From Mytilus trossulus (lineage: Eukaryota), in the NCBI RefSeq assembly GCF_036588685.1, contig NC_086377.1:79422001-79486000 (forward strand): a stretch of 64,000 bases of DNA. The letters run 5' to 3'. The position numbers were made by a program, and so were the translations under genes. Below are positions 1 to 14,727 of the stretch, piece after piece. The notes under the pieces are model-generated. The model ran no database searches. It was not told where the DNA came from and was given only the letters and a program-made list of their open reading frames with translations. How positions within the stretch are numbered: the stretch's first letter is position 1; each line of letters starts with the position of its first letter.

Positions 1-330
1 AAGATGTCAAGTGATGAAAACGCATCACACGGTATGGCTGACATCTATAAATGTTGATACCAAATTACAGAAAGGGTGTATGTGTAGTTCCTGAGAAAAA
101 TTTTCAACTTGGCTATCATGTGTAAAATCATACAAGTGTTCGGTAAACAGGAAGTTGTCAAGTGATGAAAACGCATCAAACGGTTTGGCTGACATCTATA
201 AATGTTGATACCAAATTACAGAAAGGGTGGATGTGTAGTTCCTGAGAAAAATGTGACGAAAGTTTCATGGGACGGACTGACAGACAGAGGTAAAACAGTA
301 TACCCCCTTTTTTAAAGCGGGGGTATAATA
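1..330 (+). mobile_element. 3' part of a non-autonomous Helentron/HINE-like element
   Basis: Two ~151-bp tandem units (1-100, ~152-250), then a GACG/GACA microsatellite (271-287) and a terminal hairpin TATACCCCC...GGGGGTATA followed by an A/T tract. Confidence 0.7.
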
Positions 331-1381
331 AATTGGGAATGTTTCCATGCCCCCGCTTTCATATCATATAAAGTTATCAAGGGACATAACTGAAGAACGG
401 TAAAGATCACTATCAAAATTTGGTTGAGGCTAACTTAAGTCAGAGAACAGGAACGAAAAATTCAGCACCTTAAAGGCTTTACCATTTTTAAAGGGGCATA
501 ACTCTAGAACGGTTTAAGTGAAGCACCAAAATTCAAACTTGATCTGTGCTTTGTGGAAATAAGCAATGTGTATAAGTTTCATAACATTTGGTTGAGGCAA
601 ACTAAAGTTAGAGAACGGATACCACCTTTGGGACGCACGGACATATTTAGGGACAGACGGACGCACAGACCGACAAGGGCATAAATATAGTGGACCTATT
701 AAATACAGTATTTGAGATATGATAGATAGTTTATTCTCATAAAACCATGAAGTACATAGGTTACAGAGAAGTTAAAAACATGCATATGGACTTGACCCAT
801 ACAAATTTAACCTTACATGTTCACTGATCCATGAATAGAAAACTGTCTGATGGGCACTAGGACCCTGCAAGGTACGCACATACCAAATATAGTTATCCAA
901 TTACTCATAATAAGAGAGAAATAAAGAATACTAATAATCTTAATTTTTTTTTCAAGTAGTCACTGAACCATGAAAATGAGGTCAAGGACAATGGACATAT
1001 GACAGACAGAAACTTCATAACATAAGGCATCTATATCCAAAGTATGAAGTATGAAGGATCCAGGTCTTCTACCTTCTGAAATATTGGGCTTTTAAGAAGT
1101 CTGTACATAACGATGCTCAGCCGCTGCCACCACTGCTGGATCACTATCCCTATGTCGAGCTTTCTGCAACAAAAGTCATAGCCTGGACAAAAACTGATTA
1201 CATGCATGTATTATTTCAGCCATCTTGGTTGTGGGCGGGGTCACCGGACACATTTTTTAAACTAGATACCCAAATGATGATTGTGGACAAGTTTGGTTAA
1301 AATTGTCTTTGTAGTTCCAGAGGAGAAGATTTTTGTAAAAGATTACAAAAATTTACCAAAAATTGTTAAAATTGACTTTCA

Positions 1382-4300
1382 CCGTCAGAGCTCAGACATA
1401 AATAAGTCTGAATCTGCTTTTGAATCATAGAGGTCTAAATTTGTAAGTTTTAGGATTTGTCTCCCTTTAATGCAAGACAAAATACGACTTTAATAAGTCA
1501 AATATTGTTAAGCAAGAAATAATTGACCATAATCAAAATGTTGCAAATATCGACTCCTACAAGTCGATAAGTTATCAAAATTGGTTAACTTCAAGACCCT
1601 CACATATTTATAAAAAGGTCATGCGTCTAAATCAAATAATGACAACATTGAAAGACAATGCTTTGTCTTCTAAAGAAAAATATGAATGAGAGTCTAACAA
1701 ATCGGAGATAATGTTGATCAACCTTACAATGCAACCACCTGGAACCACACTTATGGTGACTTGAGTAACACCGGTATCACTCAGATTACAATTCTACCTT
1801 GACAGGTAAGTTTGTATTTAGCCTATAAAGTACTTATTTAGCCTTGAGAATTGAAATGTCAGTTTATCCCATTCATACAATAGAAGTTGATAAATTTGGC
1901 TTCATGCCATTTACCTTGTCCAAAATTAAGGTCACTTTATATTGTTATTGTGATATTGTTAAAGTACAAAAGAACCCTATATTCTGAACAATACTTAAAA
2001 TGTTGTGCATCTTGATTTAATTGTTAAAAATCTGTTAATGCTGAATTTTTGGGGTTATTTCGGCCTTTTAATTGCATATTTCTTTACATCGGTAGTTTTT
2101 TTTTCAGATATAAAAAAAACTATCTGCTTGACTTTATAGAAATAGCCTATGCTTGCAGGTTATCTATTACACTGTCTTGTTTTTTGTTTACACCAAATCT
2201 GACAGATTATTATTAAGTTGCAAAATATTTTAAATGAGAGCTGAAATTTTTTCTATATCTTTAAATGTGCATTGAAGGTTTAAATAATCATAATGTGAAC
2301 AAGAATGAAGAAAACATCTTGGTCCCTAAAAAACATCATCAACAAGGATATACCATTCCAAATATTAATTTATTATACATGTACTAATATCAGTTAAAAT
2401 CTCAAGCCACTGTTTTGCATGTTTGGCCAATTAAAATTAATTGCTTGATTTTCATCCCCGCCCGCCCGCCCCTCTGAAATCGTCCCGCCCCGATATTTTT
2501 CATTTAACAAAAATACGATTTCCGGATTTTGATCATGTCCGTTACCGGGAACCATCGATAATTTCGTTTCATTCAAAACTTCCTGTTTCAAATTTCGTTT
2601 TTGTATTTCTTCGAGTAATCTAACGAAAATGATTAAGTCGACATATTCTGCTGCACTATGATGACAACATCATCTACCGAGAATAGAGATTGATAACGAG
2701 AAGGGCATGACATATTCGAGTTATGAGTAAAACGCCTTGTCCTTGAACGCAAATTGCGGTAGTCACAAGTGAATCGAAAACTGTGTTTTTTACTTTATTG
2801 ATGCAATGACTTTGTGTCAGGAAATTTGGACTGAATGATTTCTAAATCACAAGAATTGTAGAACAAATTGGTACACAAAAACATGACTGGATTAAAGAAA
2901 TTGACACAAGCACGAACTTATTTGATTTATGACCGTATATTGAGGAGAAAAAAGTCGACAAACACGCATTTTAATTATAACAAGCCCTTATATTTACCCA
3001 TGGCTGTTGTTTTTGTTGACAAACAGCAAACTCCTTCTGTAACTGTCCCAATACCCTCAATTTAGTCATTAAACAACAACTACGTTTTGGTTAAGTTCAT
3101 TTTTTACATCATAATTACTTTCAACACTGAGTTTAAATTTTATTCTGTACTCATAATACTTGTGTTGCATACAATTGTACCAATACATTGTATTGATTTT
3201 ATGGGGACGACAAACCATTGCTTAGAAAGCAAAATAAATTTGGTGTAGGTATAGTCCAACTGAAGAGAGCATTTCTCTTCTTTTTGATGTATACTATAAA
3301 TAGTTTTCTAAAGCGGCAATTACATGTATAACAGTGGTTGCCAATCAGGGATTTTTATTTAAGAGTTTAAAAAATAGTGTAGGATTCCTTATACAGCATG
3401 TATATATACATTATACAACTTGTTTTCCACCAGCATATACTCCGCGGTATGAAGAACTCGTGACGAGGGTCTCATATGAAATAAAATTTAAAAAATAAAT
3501 CCTCCCACCCGCCCCATTTTTTTCAAAAATTTTGATGAAAATCTACTTATTAATTTTAGTTGGCCTTAACAATGTAGGTCATGTCCCAACAGAAAATCAA
3601 TAAATATGACAGTACAGTGTACTCTGAGCACAAACACATAAGGTCACTGTGAAATAGACATATAGGGCAAGAAACAGTCAGTTATACAAAACCAGTTTGA
3701 CTAGATGTGTCCTATATTTTGACAATGTAAATGACATGAGGACCTGCATGGGTTTTTTTAATATCTGTATTCTTTAAATTATTAGGGCATTTTTCTTTTA
3801 ATAGCCTTAAAAATAACTCATTCTGTAAAATTCTCATGAAAATGATTTTACTTTTTAGTCTTTCTGTTACAAGATTATTTATTAATTCTGTACATTGATC
3901 ATATTTTATCAGTATTCATGGCATTACAGTTTCCTAAGTTACCTTTTTATTTTGCACAGTATTCTTTATACTTTTGCACCGCATTAAATTATTCTCTCTT
4001 CCTTATTTTGTTGTTCATTTTCTCTATTCTCTATTTTTTGTTGCTATTACATGTGTTCTCTATTATGTAAACCCCATTCTTACCCTTATAGGTAAACTTC
4101 TATTGTATGAATGGGATAAACTGACCTTTCAATTCTCAAGGCTAAATAAGTATTTTATAGGCTACTCAAGTCACCATAATGAGGTAAAACATCTGTGTTT
4201 AGTAAGGATGTTCAATTAAATAATTAAATATAGATAGCTCAAGTCCATGTGAACTCTCAGACAGGTTTTTGCTGTCATAGGTGGTGTACTTTGGCCACCA

Positions 4301-4466
4301 AGTAAAATTAAGTTTTTTCATCAACATAAATAGACCTAAACAAGTCTGTCATTTTCTGACTTAGATAAGTCTAAAATTGAAAACACATTTTTATAATAAA
4401 TACATGTTTTGACTTCTTTAAGTTGAAAACAAAAATCGACTTGTTTATGACTCTGAGCTCTGACTG
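1382..4466. mobile_element. Non-autonomous TIR DNA transposon (Tc1/mariner-like, TA target)
   Basis: TIR C(C/A)GTCAGAGCTCAGA..CATAAA at 1382 and its reverse complement ending at 4466. It interrupts the host unit 'attgactataaagggc', which is intact in the other host copies. Additional internal inverted repeat ~1750-1890 vs ~4093-4182. Confidence 0.7.
2425..3565. mobile_element. Kolobok-like MITE
   Basis: TIR GGCCAATTAAAATTAAT...GATTTTCATC / GATGAAAATC...ATTAATTTTAGTTGGCC, followed by TTAA on the right; left TSD degenerate. Confidence 0.6.
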
Positions 4467-5989
4467 TATAAAGGGCAATAACTCTGTAAGGGTCAACTGA
4501 CCATTTTGGTCATGTTGACTTTTTTGTAGATCTTACTTTGCTGAACATTATAATTGCTGTTTACAGTTTATCTCTATCTATAATAATATTCAAGATAATA
4601 ACCAAACTAGAGGCTCTAAAGAGCCTGTGTCGCTCAACTTGGTCTATGTGAATATTCAAGTAAACAAAGGAAGCAGAAGGATTCATGACAAAATTATGTT
4701 TTGGAGATGGTGATGTGTTTGTAAATCTTACTTTACTGTACATTGTTGATGCTTACAATTATCTCTATCTATAATGAACTTGGCCCAGTAGATTCAGAGG
4801 AAAATGTTTACAAACTTTATGAAAATTGTTAAAAATTGACTATAAAGGGCAATAACTACTAAAGGGATCAACTGACCATTTCGGTCATGTTGACTTATTT
4901 GTAAATCTTACTTTGCTGAACATTATTGATGTTTACAGTTTATATCTCTATCTATAATAATATTCAAGATAATAACCAAAAACAGCAAAATTTCCTCAAA
5001 ATTACCAATTCAGGGGCAGCAACCCAACAACCGATTGACCGATTCATCTGAAAATTTCAGGGCACATAGATCTTGACCTGATACACATTTTTATCCCGTG
5101 AAAGATTTCCTCAAAATGCTTTGGTTTTTGAGTTATAAGCCAATAACTGCATTTTACACCTACGTTCTATTTTTAGCCGTGGCGGCCATCTTGGTTGGTT
5201 GACCAGGTCACGCAACACATTTTTTAAACAAGATAACCCAAAAATGATTATGGCCAAGTTTGGATGAATTTGGCCCAGTAGTTTCAGAGGAGAAGATTTT
5301 TGTAAAAGATTACTTTAATTTGCGAAAAATTGTTTAAAAATTGACTATAAAGGGCAATAACTCCTAAACGAGTCAACTGACCATTTTGGTCATGTTGACT
5401 TAATTGTAGATCTTACTTTGTTGAACATTATTGCTGTGAACAGTTTATGTCTATCTATAATAATATTCAAGATAATAACCAAAAACAGCAAAATTTCCTC
5501 AAAATTACAAATTCAGGGGCAGCAACCAAACAACCGATTGACCGATTCATCTGAAAATTTCAGGGTAGATAGATCTTGACCTGATAAACATTTTTACCCC
5601 ATGTCAGATTTGCTCTAAATGCTTTGAGTCTTGAGTTATAAGCCAAAAACTGCATTTTACCCCTATGTTCTATTTTTAGCCGTGGCGGCCATCTTGGTTG
5701 GTTGACCGGGTCATGCCACACATTTTTTAAACTAGATACCCCAATGATGATTGTGGCCAAGTTTGGTTTGATTTGGCCAGGTAGTTTAAGAGAAGAAGAT
5801 TTTTGTAAAAGCTTACGCCGGACGACGACGGACACCGGACGCCGGACGCAGAGTGATGGGCCAGGTGAGCTTATAAACGTTTAATAAAAAATAAATCAAA
5901 ATTAAACTACATGGGGGGTCATTAGGGATATTCCCACTCAGGGGCAGCCGAAGGGTATCCTGTCCACAAGTTCCTGTGTTATAATCTTG

Positions 5990-6505
5990 ATAATAAAAAA
6001 CAAACTATGGATGGTGATATTTATTCACATAAATATTTGAGGTCATTTAACATGTTTAACTTATTTAAATAAACATAATTTTAAAACTGAAAACAAATAT
6101 GAGCATTACATAATTAACCAGTTGATAATTCTTTTACACAAACGTGATGATGTACCTCCAATCCTTTTATATACCCATGTATAGCAGTGGTCAAGACTTG
6201 TATCATCTCCGGATTTGGTCAACTCTTATATCAGAATATTCAGTAAATATTCCATTATCGATTAATTAAATATATCTGCTAATAAGTTTTGGGTATCCAA
6301 TATGCAAAAATCTTCTGTACACTGGATAAAAAAATTGTTAAGTTTATAGAATTCATGGTTATTGCAGCAAACTCTGAATTTGTAAGGCTTATAAGGGCTA
6401 GCATGTCAGTTTTGTTGGGCTAGTAGTTCTTCCAACAGGGCTAGTAAAATCCTGCTACCAATTAGCCCTGGGCTAGTGAGCTATTACAAATCTTCTTAAC
6501 CCCTG
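5990..6505 (-). mobile_element. Partial copy of the hAT-like element at 41025-43165
   Basis: Reverse complement matches ~41025-41500 (CAGGGGTTAAGAA...TAGCTCACTAGCCC...). Confidence 0.7.
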
Positions 6506-8280
6506 TCAAGAGTTTTTTTGCAATAAGACTTCTTGTATTATAACATCTTAGCATAGAAATGAACAAAACGTAACAAATTTCCACTTCTCAACGCTTCTGT
6601 ATGCATTTGTATATGTAAATATGTGCTACGGCCTAAATCGACTCTAAATAATTTTCAATCTCACATGGCCGAAGACCATTTTATACTGATGTGGTATGCT
6701 TTTTGTAACTTTTGTTTACATTTAAAGTACATTTAATATATATGTTTATGTAAGGCTTCCCTTAATTTGAAAATCTCTATTTTAAGGCACAGGTTCATAT
6801 ATAAATTTGACTTTTAGATAATTGTAATAGATCTGATAAATCAGATGAGTGTTAAGTTGTTTTCAATACTTAATATATTATATATAGCAGTATAGGAACA
6901 TTTAAAAAGCAATTTTTTTTCACTTTTGCAATATTTTAATTTTTTTAGCCCAAATCTTGACAGTTGAAATTATTTGATTAAAACGTCAAAATTAAACATC
7001 CAAATTTCAATATTAAAATGGCCATAGTTTCTATAATATATATCCTATGGCCATGAAATTTGGCCAACTATCTCGTAATTTCGTAAGCTTAGGTCTGCCA
7101 AAAATTGGTCAAGTCCTTCTATCCTATTAGGTCCGAGGACACTGTTATCGTCCTTCGATTTTCGTGTCCACAATATATAGTCCCTAGTCCATGTAGTGTG
7201 AACAGTGTATAACTTGCCAATTTTTTTCATACCCTTTCCTTATTTATTTCTAGATATTTTATGCATGAAATATTAAGTAAGGGGATGAAATTACATGATA
7301 AAAACATTTGGGTGCTGAATCTTTATGTTAAGTAGTGATTTGGTCCAGTTAAAAAAAGGTCAAAAATTAGTATGTCTGAAGCTGTCCAGCTGAAGTTTAG
7401 ACCCCCTTAACACAGAATTGTCAATATTTTGAGTTAGAGCTGGTAGAAGTTTCTATAAAAAAGTAAAAACACAAAAATACCGAACTCCGAGGAAAATTCA
7501 AAATTCTATAATTTTCATAGTATTTGTCCCAATAGTAATGATAGAAGAACACTACACTGTAAAAATCTTTTTTGAGATTGAACAGGTGCGATTTTTTTAA
7601 TTTGAGTTTATTGTCTAAAAGAAATGCACTACGAAATAACTGTGTTCTCGGGCCATATATTATAGGTGAACAACTTGCATGTGAACGGAATATGGACCTG
7701 TACTACATCGCATGCAAATTATGCATTGACTTAATTTGTATGATCGAACCCCTTGATGCAAAGCTGTAATTGTATATATCATGTATATAATATGCAAACT
7801 TACTCTTTGTCTTTTTTTGTAAATATGAACTCAAAATAATATAAGCATGTGATAAGAATACTACATTGTTTTATAGCCCCAATCTACATGATCTACGAAG
7901 TAGTGGTAAATAGTTATTTATCTCTCTATCCGTCTGTCTGTCCATCCATTCTTCCGTAAGTATTCTTGATTTTCGTATACTTAATCAAATACTTTAATCA
8001 TGTTACATGTACTATTGTATTGCAACCTTCTTTGGATATATGATTACAAATTTATGAGAGGAAGGACTTCTGATCATGTTCATCATGTTCATACATTTGT
8101 ATTTTTTAATATGGTCTCGTACCTGCTGAAAAGGAACCGAACTTATGTCTAGTGCTATATATGTCTATATGTCATTTTAATTTATTGTGTCTGGCAAATT
8201 CATGTCTTTTATCTTGAATAAAAATATATAAATAATCAGTGAATAACTGTTTTTAAATTTTCTAATCCATAGATTTTATA

Positions 8281-9012
8281 AGGTCAGAAAAACCATTAAT
8301 TGATAATTGAGGTATAATCCACCATTTGATATATAGTGCGATAGACCAATTGAGGTATAATGCAGTTTTTATCATAAACAAATTTTAAAGAGATAATTTA
8401 TCATCTTTTTTCATATATATATACCATCTTAAGCTTTGATGAGTACTCATTAGCAGTCTTCACGCTTAACCACAAGTCCTACGGCATTGGCTGGTAATTG
8501 AAATTGCTTTCAGACTTGTAAAATTATTCTCTATAGGCCAACAGAATCGAACTAAAAAAATAAATAAATGGAGCTTCAGGCTTGTGGACTCTAAAAGTTA
8601 ATCGTGAAGGCTGCATTAGTGATATGTAATTGCTTCTGACTTCCTCTGCTGTGTTTTAAAAAATGTGGATTATACCTCAATTGAGGTATACTCCACAAAT
8701 TGACGGATATTCACAATTGGTTTCCTTAAGTCTGCATCAGTTCTAACTTCAAAATTTGTTAATCGAAATGGACAGGAAGAGACTACAGAACAAAAATGAG
8801 ATTTAATAGATGAAAACTCAGAATTTATCAGTAGGAAAAGGAGTGTTGCATTAGTTTTTAGGTTTCTCAAATTGCAGCACGAAGTGTTAGAATCAATTAC
8901 ATGTCATCACTAAGTCAGAATAAGTGGTCACTATCGTGATTATATGTCAAATGGTAGATTATGTATACCTGAATTGAGTTATAATCCACCAATTAATGGT
9001 AATTCCTGACCT
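8281..9012. mobile_element. MITE with ~70-90-bp TIRs
   Basis: aggtcagaaaaaccattaattg...ccatttgatatata vs tatatgtcaaatgg...caattaatggtaattcctgacct; the internal motif attgaggtata is repeated. Confidence 0.6.
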
Positions 9013-9444
9013 GTTTATATTGTATGCACAATTTTGATTCTAAATGCATTGATAAAAGTCTAAATGAAAGGTTCACGACAAGCTTTTTATAAAAAAAAAT
9101 ACTTGTCACAAAAAAAGTGACAAACATCAGCGCCGCCTGGTGGCTAATAAATCTTCAACAGTTCAAATGCAACGCACCAAGTTTTACTGTCTTTTAACTT
9201 TCAAATTTGGTTTCATAAATACTTTAACCTTGAAGAAAATAAAAATACTCAGTAAAGTGTTCAATTGAAAATTTCTTCTCAGTCATCATTTAGAAATTTT
9301 CGTCCAAATGCAAAAAAGAAGAGATATCCCGGAAATGTGTCCATCGACCTGTTACTGTGTTCAAAATGTAAATAATATTTTTAAAAGGAGATAAAATGAG
9401 TAGAACATATGTCATTCTTCGCGTGAGGGGTTACACTAAAAACT

Positions 9445-10078
9445 GGACCGAATGACAGGACCAAATGAAAAATGCTAATAACTTTTTCATTTCTTAAAGG
9501 ATTGATCTCAAAATTGAAATATAATAAGATTTCATCATTTGATAAACGGATTTAAGAAAAAAAAATAAAAAAAACTGTAAGAAACTTTAGAAAATGTGAC
9601 ATGACCAACTCTGATAATGACATGACCAACATGGAGAATGACAGGACCAAATAAAAATGCTAATAACTTTTTTATTTTTCAAAGAAATTCTCTCAGATTT
9701 GAAATATAAAATGATATGTAATATTTTGTCACCAAAATGTTATAAAAAATATAGATTTATTTTCAAAAACTTTCGAAAACGTGACATGACCAACGCTGAC
9801 TGACAGGATCAACCTCGACAATGACCGGACCAGATGAAATTGCTAATTTGTCTTTTATTTCTCAAAATATTTTTCTGAAATTTGAAATATAATAAGATTT
9901 AATCATTTGATAAATAGATTTAAGAACAAAAAAGTAAAAAAAGATACTGTTAGTGTAAAAAAAATTAGAAACGTGACATGACCAACTCTGAAAATGACAG
10001 GGCCAAATAAAAATATTAATAACTTTTTTATTTTTCAAAAAAAATAACTCAAGATTTGAAACATAAAAAGATATGTCA
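9445..10078. repeat. Tandem repeat, ~180-bp unit x ~3.5
   Basis: 'atgacaggaccaaat.aaaaatgctaataactttt' recurs near 9452, 9638, 9821 and 9994; 'gtgacatgaccaac' recurs. Confidence 0.75.
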
Positions 10079-10448
10079 TGAGAATAATGGGCAAAAACAA
10101 AGAATAGAGTAAAATGGGCAAAAAAGAGATAAGAGAGTAATGGGGGTGATAAAATATAATGAATAACTGCAAAATTTCAAGAATTGGGTAAAAATATACT
10201 GATTAAGGAAAAGAACAATGTTCTGTCAAAATACAGTTATCAAGTTATTGCAGAATAGCCATTATTTTTAAAGATAAAGAATAACGAGCGAAAAAAAATA
10301 AAGAATACAGAAATGAACCGGGACCCTAATCAACCATTGACCAACATATAATGACACAGATAAACAAACCAAAAACTTCACAGTTACTTGACCAGGTCTC
10401 AGCACGGGCAAGTACATTATAAGGTTTCTATAAAAACAGTAAAAAACA

Positions 10449-10800
10449 ATGTCACAAATCTAGGAAACTTTCCATGTCACAAAAATATGTAGATTTACCC
10501 TGACATAGAAATTTGTAAATACACAATGTCAAAAAAATATATAGCATCTGTCACGGTAAGTTAAACTGTAAATTTACCATGTCACAGAAATATGTAACTT
10601 TCCGCTGTCACAGACATCATTTTGTAATTGCACCTTGTCACAAACATAGGTAGCTACTCTGTAAGAAAAACCTTAAATTTGCCCGGTCACAGAAATATGT
10701 AACTAATTAAACTTACTCCGTCACTGAAATATATAACTCAACCCTGTTACAGAAATTTGTGAATGCACCATGTCACAAACATATGTACATGTATCTACTT
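10449..10800. repeat. Degenerate minisatellite (~29-bp unit)
   Basis: Repeated 'tgtcacagaaatatgtaact'-like motif. Confidence 0.65.
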
Positions 10801-11397
10801 TGTAAAACAAGTTATTCTCTTTAAAAAAAGAAAAGCAATACGCGAACCTAAGACCGCTGACTGCCGGGTCAGCAAAAGATTGTTGCTGAATATTTATTTG
10901 CTTTTGAATTGAAATAAATGACTGTGATTAGAAGAAGTCAGTTGAGAGTGAATATTTACATTTACTACTTGAATATACATTTTAAAGCTAGACTATTTTA
11001 TCAAGTACTTGGGAATATACATAATTTTACCGATGATAACCAAATTTCTACAAACCGGATCACTTATGCAAATTGCACAAACCAATCGCAATATAAATTT
11101 CTGCACCCAGTTTGCTTTATAATCTGGAATTCTGCATGCATTTACTTTATCATATCTTTATATGTTATTTCCTGCATGGACTTTCATGTACTCAACTCGT
11201 TATTGAAGTTGTCTGTACTCATGGATATGTTAATTGTATAGACAAATCAAAAGTCCAATGTACATGTGAAATGAAACCTGTGGCATGTAACTGATTGGGA
11301 CATCTTGTAAAGAGACTTTTTTTGGTCTAATAAATTAGGTGAGTAACTATGACCGTACATGCGAGTCACATGTCAATCTCTTACAGCCGTGTCCTAA

Positions 11398-11950
11398 AGG
11401 AGTAAGTTCGGTAAGGGCCATATTTGGCCCCAATTATAAAGTTCATAGTTACAAGACAATACATGTTTAATAACAGAAAACAGAACAGTTTTTGTCAAAG
11501 TTTAATTCTAACACGTTGATTTTTACATCCATAAAAGGTGAAAAAAAAGGATTTTGGTGAAATTTGACAAAGTTAGCTAGATTTCAACAAAACAAAGGAC
11601 CAGGAAACATAGAGCGCAGACGTCGACAAGCTTAAGATTCAAATTAGACATGTAAAATGTCTTCACACACATAATTTTAAAAGATCTTTGTTGTCGACGT
11701 ATGCGCTCTATGTTTCCTGTCCAATAATCTATGGAAATTTACCCCTTTTCATTGATTTGTTCATGTAAAATAAACATGAGTACAACTTGTGACGTCATAA
11801 TGAAACGCAGAAACGTAAAATTTTCAACAAAATTGTTTATATCCTAGATATTCAATGTATTAGCTATAATCTATCGTGATATTGGTCGATAAATCCGAGT
11901 TTCGAATTTACGCTGAAAAAAGGGGCCATTTTAGGACCTTATCGAACATA
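11398..11950. mobile_element. Kolobok-like MITE (same terminal type as 55419-55962)
   Basis: Left end aggagtaagttcggtaagggcc; decayed right end ggaccttatcgaacatac. Confidence 0.5.
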
Positions 11951-12904
11951 CACACGAGTGAAATTAGTATAATTGTTTTTTTTGAGAACGCAAACCGATA
12001 GTGTGCGTTTGAATTCGCACTATAGCGTGAATGAATCAAGACGTGAAGGATAGGTGGGCAACACAGTGAGTACAATTTTTAAAATGTACCATAGTACACA
12101 TATATATGAAGATGTTATAAGGTAATACTATTAAAACAAACAAACAAAAATAGGGTTGAAATTTTATAATAAACATACATTCTTGTCAGTAATGTTTTTC
12201 CGAAATTTTTTAATAGATATACATGTAGTATCAATAAACACAAGCGTCAAGTATTTAAGGACGGACATTTTATTAATCAAATGATTCTATTTTTAAATTC
12301 TACCATTGCACTATAAGAACAGATTGCTATACAAAATATCAGCAAAGACTTATAAATCCATACTTAAACAGTACAAAATAATAGCAATCGGAAATCAGAC
12401 AGAGATCGACGGAATATAACTGACATTATTCGGGTTAGTACTTTATTAAATTTTGTTATGAATATTGTAAATTATTACTAGGACTATTATTCTATTGTTA
12501 CGTTTTTTTGTGAGCTGCAGGGATTTAAAATCTTTGTGAATTGAAAACACATAAGTATTTTTATTCACTACCGTTTAAAATTTAAATATTTAATTAATTT
12601 ATCTTACTTTCCGTTTTATGGATATATTACAATACACAAAAAAAAAAACAATTACTTATCAATCTTACTAAATCGAAGGAAATAATTAACATAGAAACAT
12701 AATTATTATTGTTTATCAACATTTGTTTTGTATGATGCAAAGATTTATTTAGAATTAATTATTATGCATGTTTCATTTACAAATGACTATTTAAAAATAC
12801 AAAAGCAGAGTATCCTGTCATATAAATAATTATTTCTTAATTGCAACTCCGAAAATATCCTGACTTCAATTTAATATTTAGTTTCTACAGAAACATAGAT
12901 AAAT

Positions 12905-13411
12905 GTACATTCTAATATGACGTTCTTCTTAAGCTTTGGGTACAAAGCCATGTTCTAATTCAAATGGAACATGGGCTGCACGTGATTGACGTCACAATTG
13001 AAATTGCAACGTCAGATGAATTTTGAACAACGCCAGATATCAAAATGGAAATTTTTGTTGGTGTTGCTCGCTAGGAAATTAAATAAAAAACATTCTAAAA
13101 GTAAGTTTAAATGTTTCTGTTCTTTTTTATTGATAAACTGTTGATTTTCTATAACGTTTTTGGTTCATGAAATCAAAATGGCGACATTCCGAGCGTCTAC
13201 TCACTATAGGCCACTTCGAAGTGAAAAAGTTCAATTATTCCTATTAGAATATATTATAATTCTATCCTGCCATGCTCTATGCTCATTTTAACATGGGTAG
13301 GCATTATATTTGTTAATATCTTAATACCGAGCGTTAGCGAGGTATTAAATTTTTATAAATATAATGTCTACCCATGTTAAAATGAGCATACAGCATGGCA
13401 GGATAAAATTA
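12905..13411. mobile_element. Hairpin-terminated non-autonomous element (Crypton-like)
   Basis: Short IR 'attctaata' (12909) / 'tattagaat' (13242) directly followed by a ~150-bp near-perfect palindrome (13258-13411) centred on CCGAGCGTTAGCGAGG. Confidence 0.5.
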
Positions 13412-14068
13412 TTTCTCAAGTATATATTTTGTAAATATTGCTTTGATTTCTAATGACTTAATTAAATTGAATACTTCTGATAATAATATTATCTTTCTGT
13501 TTTCTGATCTAATATAATACACATTTAAACCAGCCGAATGTTTTCTCCTTAGTCTATGATGAAAATACACACGTGGTTAAATCTTCAGATATAATTTGTT
13601 TACATGTTCTCATGATAATGCATAATACTGACACGTTATTATTGACCTAGATGCACACAGTGTACAGGGGTCGTTTTAAAACAACTAAGACAACTATCCA
13701 CCATGGTCGACATTAAATTCATGTAGAGGCTTTCTATAATGAGCAAAATCCATTCTGTATAGACATAAGTCAGCTTACAAAACCCCAAATACAACACAAC
13801 GTGATACAATTCAAACGAGATAATGAACGCCCCGATTTTTGACAAAACAATAAACGAAAAAAGAAAAATAATAGATATGATCAACAATTTACCAACGAAC
13901 CAGTGAATTTCAGGCTCCTGACTTGGAACAGGCACTTTAAGAATATGACGGGGTTAAACATGTTTGTGATCGTTTTTAAAACCCTCTCCTAAATTGAGAC
14001 AGTGGTGTAACAGCCCAATATAAAAACGAAGTGTAAAAATCAGTTCGAAATGGTGATGATTTCTTCTT

Positions 14069-14216
14069 GTCGAGTTGCAATTGCGAGTCACAAAAAGTCG
14101 AGTTGAGAGTTTGAAAAATCGAGTTTTAAGTTACAAAATTCGAATTGTGAGTTTAGAAAGTCGAGTTGCGAGTTACAAATGTCGAGTTGCGTTTTACAAA
14201 AGTCGACTTGCGAGTT
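14069..14216. repeat. 21-bp minisatellite (~7 units)
   Basis: Consensus gtcgagttgcgagttacaaaa. Confidence 0.8.
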
Positions 14217-14577
14217 AAGTAATTCTAAAAATAATTAAAAAAAAACAATGATTTATATCACTGGTAAATGATAAACTGACGGCCATTTAAATTCGTAGTG
14301 CAGGCCTTGCAATTTTCTTTTTAAAATTAAATAAACTAGGTTTATTTATTGTTAAACGCCACGTTCAGCACTTTATAATTGCCAGTGTTCATTGATGGAG
14401 GAAGTCTAAGTCCTTGAAGAACTAGAGAACTGCAGACCTTCGGGTGGAAAACTGGCATTCCTAATTAATTCGAACGCACCTTGGTACGCCCATAATTTCG
14501 GTTAATCTTAATATATTGCATGTCCTGAATAAATGAAATACATTCTGATGTCGTCTGAGTTGAAACAAGCTGTTCTT

Positions 14578-14727
14578 CAGGGGCGGATCCAGACATTTAT
14601 AAAAGATGGGGTTCCTAACCCAGGATAAAGGGGGGTCCAACTATATGTCTCCATTCAAATGCATAGATCGTCAAGAAAAAGGGGGGGTTCATACCCCCCG
14701 GACCCCCACCCTCTGTATCCGCCACTG
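14578..14727. mobile_element. Short MITE CAGGGGCGGATCCAG...CTGTATCCGCCACTG
   Basis: 15-bp imperfect TIRs; related ends at ~37261, ~37700 and ~46928. Confidence 0.65.

Larger units (their letters stand above)
1216..5875 (+). mobile_element. HINE-like element with ~500-bp internal tandem repeats, interrupted by nested insertions
   Basis: Repeated unit 'ttgactataaagggcaataactc...gccatcttggttgg...gaagatttttgtaaaag' (1216-1377 resumes at 4467; further copies near 4837 and 5341). Ends with a (GAC)n/GGAC microsatellite at 5817-5850 and 'ccaggtgagct'. Confidence 0.7.
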
